Positions 61,694-64,000 of a DNA stretch of 64,000 bases are shown here, piece after piece. The position numbers and the translations under genes were made by a program. Position 1 is the stretch's first letter. Each line of letters starts with the position of its first letter. The stretch lies in NCBI GenBank assembly GCA_964609925.1, contig CAZSUJ010000003.1:21043-85042 (forward strand), written 5' to 3'. This stretch comes from an uncultured Chthoniobacter sp. (lineage in GTDB: Bacteria > Verrucomicrobiota > Verrucomicrobiia > Chthoniobacterales > JACTMZ01). Under the pieces are notes generated by a model that saw only the letters and a program-made list of their open reading frames with translations, was not told the origin of the DNA and searched no databases.

Positions 61694-62928
61694 GCACGCG
61701 CATTCCCCCGACAGACAAGTGCGGCTCGGTGCTTGTCTTCGCTCTCCTCATCCTCGCCGTCGGCGCGCTCGTCCTCGGCGGCGTCGCGCAGATGGCGGCC
61801 ACCCAGGCGCTCAAGTCGGAGGGCGAGTGGACCGCCATGCGCCGCCAGGTCATGACGGGCAACAGCCGGGCGATGGCGCGGCAATACCTGCAATCGCAGA
61901 TGTTTCTGGGCGGCGCCGCGGCCGCCTCGAACTCCAACTCGTTCGGCGGCTTCATCATCCCTACCCCCAGCGTGGCGAATGGATGGTGGGCCACCGTTTC
62001 CGAGACCAACCCCAGCGCCCGGCTGAACATCAATCCGTTCACCGTCATGGAACGTGGCGGATTTTATCGCGTCTGGATCCCGGCCTCGCTTTGGAACGGG
62101 CGCGAAAATGCCGGTTGGAATTTCCAAGTCCGCACCCGCAGCCCCGTGGCCGCGGGCTACAGCTTCGTCCGTCAGCGCCCCTCGGTCGCCGCCGTCGGCG
62201 AACTGGCGTTCCCGCCCTACATCGACATGCAGAACGCGACCAACTTCTTCGGCTGGCCCGGCATGCCCCGGTTGCGCGTGAGTTCGGTCACCAACACGAA
62301 TGCCAGCGAAACGAACGGCTACGTCGGCTTCATGGATGTGCCCGTCGGCGCCTCCGACGCCGGCTTGCTCACCAATGTCTCCTTCCTCCCGCGGACGACG
62401 AATGTGGACATGCAGGCCGTGGTTGATCTCGTGCCGGAGGATTTCTTCTCCACCAACGCGGTTCTTCGCTACGACGTGCCCCCGGCGGTGCTCTGGACCA
62501 ACGGCACCAACCCGGTCGTGAGTCTGCCCGTGCGCCGCGTCGTGCTCATCGGCTCGCCGGATGGCGACAACGACCGGCCGATCCACGTGGTGGTGAACAC
62601 CAACAACACCAACGTCACCTCGCTCGTCCTGAGCAACAGCAACCTGCGCCGCGTCTATTTCAACATGATGCGCCCGGTGGGATACACCAATGCCACCCCG
62701 TTCGATGTCGCGTCCGCCGGCGGCGCGACCTGGCGTCTCGGCGTGACCGTCTCGCGGCAGAGCATCCAGTTTCAGGTTGGCACCCTCACCATCATCGGCG
62801 GGCTTCGGACCGACGGTGGCACGACCTTCCAAGCGGGCAACGCGTTTTTCACGCCGGAGACCGACCCGCGCGGACTCGACTTCATCGGGGACCGCATGAT
62901 GTGGCTGGAGGACACCCGTTCGCTATGA
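61690..62928 (+). CDS. Minor pilin lacking E5 (PilX/GspK-like)
   Basis: DKCG|SVLVFALLILAV with hydrophobic +5 residue; 412 aa. Confidence 0.75.
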   Translation: MSTRIPPTDKCGSVLVFALLILAVGALVLGGVAQMAATQALKSEGEWTAMRRQVMTGNSRAMARQYLQSQMFLGGAAAASNSNSFGGFIIPTPSVANGWWATVSETNPSARLNINPFTVMERGGFYRVWIPASLWNGRENAGWNFQVRTRSPVAAGYSFVRQRPSVAAVGELAFPPYIDMQNATNFFGWPGMPRLRVSSVTNTNASETNGYVGFMDVPVGASDAGLLTNVSFLPRTTNVDMQAVVDLVPEDFFSTNAVLRYDVPPAVLWTNGTNPVVSLPVRRVVLIGSPDGDNDRPIHVVVNTNNTNVTSLVLSNSNLRRVYFNMMRPVGYTNATPFDVASAGGATWRLGVTVSRQSIQFQVGTLTIIGGLRTDGGTTFQAGNAFFTPETDPRGLDFIGDRMMWLEDTRSL

Positions 62929-63353
62929 ACCACCGGGGCTACACCATCGCCGAGGTCCTCATCGCCGTGCTTGTCGTCGGCATCGGTCTCACCGCCGCCG
63001 CCACCCTCGTGAACTCTCTTCTCGGTCAGGAGCAACTCAGCGCCTCCTCGGTCCGGGCTGCCAATCTCCAGGAGCAGGCTGTCATGCTCACCCGCCTGGG
63101 CGTGGCCGCGACCAATGTCCGCGCCATCCTCCCCGAAACCGTCGGAACCTCCCTGACTCCGTCACGCGACCAGTATTCGATGATCTTCTTCAACTCGTCC
63201 TCGAACATTCCCGTGTCCGTGGGAGGTGTCGCCTCCACCATCCGCATGGATTTGGTCAGCATCTTCATGACCTACCGCAGCCCGACCCCGGGGCAGTCCA
63301 CCGCCAGCTACATCTACAACACCGAGACGGTCCTCTTGCCGGCGATCCGTTGA
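62925..63353 (+). CDS. Minor pilin (PilV/GspI-like)
   Basis: MNHRG|YTIAEVLIAVLVVGIGL prepilin motif with E5. Confidence 0.82.
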   Translation: MNHRGYTIAEVLIAVLVVGIGLTAAATLVNSLLGQEQLSASSVRAANLQEQAVMLTRLGVAATNVRAILPETVGTSLTPSRDQYSMIFFNSSSNIPVSVGGVASTIRMDLVSIFMTYRSPTPGQSTASYIYNTETVLLPAIR

Positions 63354-63415
63354 CGATCGCCCTGCGGCGTTATCGCCTCGCGGTGCGCTGGCCCAGACGT
63401 TAAAAGTTTCACCGC

Positions 63416-64000
63416 ATGCTCAAGAAAGTCGTCCTGACGAACATCTACACCGGACGCACTTCCGAGGTTGTGGTGGATACCGACGACGACTCGAAGGCGA
63501 TCTTCGGGGCGGGCAAGGCGCCGAACGAGACAGCCGCGGTCAGCGACATCACCGGGGTGGACGAGTTCGTGCACCGCATGAGCACGAAGAAGCCCTCGCT
63601 CGAGGAATCCGTCGGCTTCTTCAGCGGCCTGGCCCGCTGCCTCGAGCGGAACATCGCGATCAACAAGAGCCTCGAACTCATGGCGGGGCGCCTCACCTCG
63701 CCGCGCTACCGCGGCGCCGTGGCCGAGATCAGCCGCGGCATCCTTGCCGGCGAGAAGATGAGCGACTGCTTCGCCCAGCACCCGGACATCTTCTCCGAGG
63801 ACGTCCTCGCGCTCATCCAGGCGGGCGAGGAGTCGGGGCAGATCGACATGGTCTTCAAGCAGATCACCAGCGGCCGCGACAAATCCCTGCGCATCCTGCG
63901 CAAGCTGCGGGCCGGCATGATTTACCCGGCCATCGTGCTCGTCCTCGCCGTGGTCGTCGTGTTGGTCATGAGTTTCACGCTCATCCCGGCCATCTCGAAG
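63416..64000 (+). CDS. Inner-membrane platform protein PilC/GspF (partial, runs off the window; absent from the ORF track)
   Basis: Hand translation from ATG 63416: ...GEKMSDCFAQHPDIFSEDVLALIQAGEESGQID...AGMIYPAIVLVLAVVVVLVMSFTLIPAISK. Confidence 0.92.
   Translation, partial: MLKKVVLTNIYTGRTSEVVVDTDDDSKAIFGAGKAPNETAAVSDITGVDEFVHRMSTKKPSLEESVGFFSGLARCLERNIAINKSLELMAGRLTSPRYRGAVAEISRGILAGEKMSDCFAQHPDIFSEDVLALIQAGEESGQIDMVFKQITSGRDKSLRILRKLRAGMIYPAIVLVLAVVVVLVMSFTLIPAISK

Overview
This is a high-GC bacterial chromosomal segment. Gene content and style suggest Verrucomicrobiota or the wider PVC group (inference from the double-length UvrA, stand-alone rpsN and rarity of SD motifs). Bases 1-51000 are mostly housekeeping genes: rho, guaA-coaD-DUF177-rpmF-plsX-fabH-tatD, fused uvrA, HU, malQ, an OprB porin, leuS, rdgB, uvrC, priA, menA/menC-like, trxA, rpsN, patA, corA, pnp-rpsO and galK. 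Two small accessory islands (about 1450-3600 and 18020-19210) carry orphan genes bounded by decayed GTAG/GGAG REP-like ends. A PocR-AraC regulator lies divergent from a DUF4914-type protein that keeps the full PEPCK active-site motif set. Bases 51000-64000 hold a divergent type IV filament cluster that runs off the window end: secretin, an 829-aa pilin-adhesin fusion with its own near-consensus promoter and SD, a PilT-like ATPase, PilMNOP-like proteins, three minor pilins and PilC/GspF. A degenerate GGDEF protein with an intact RxxD I-site sits divergently upstream. The pilins are strongly enriched in Thr-Asn. No tRNA, rRNA, CRISPR array or transposase was seen. All calls come from motif recognition by eye, with no database searches.
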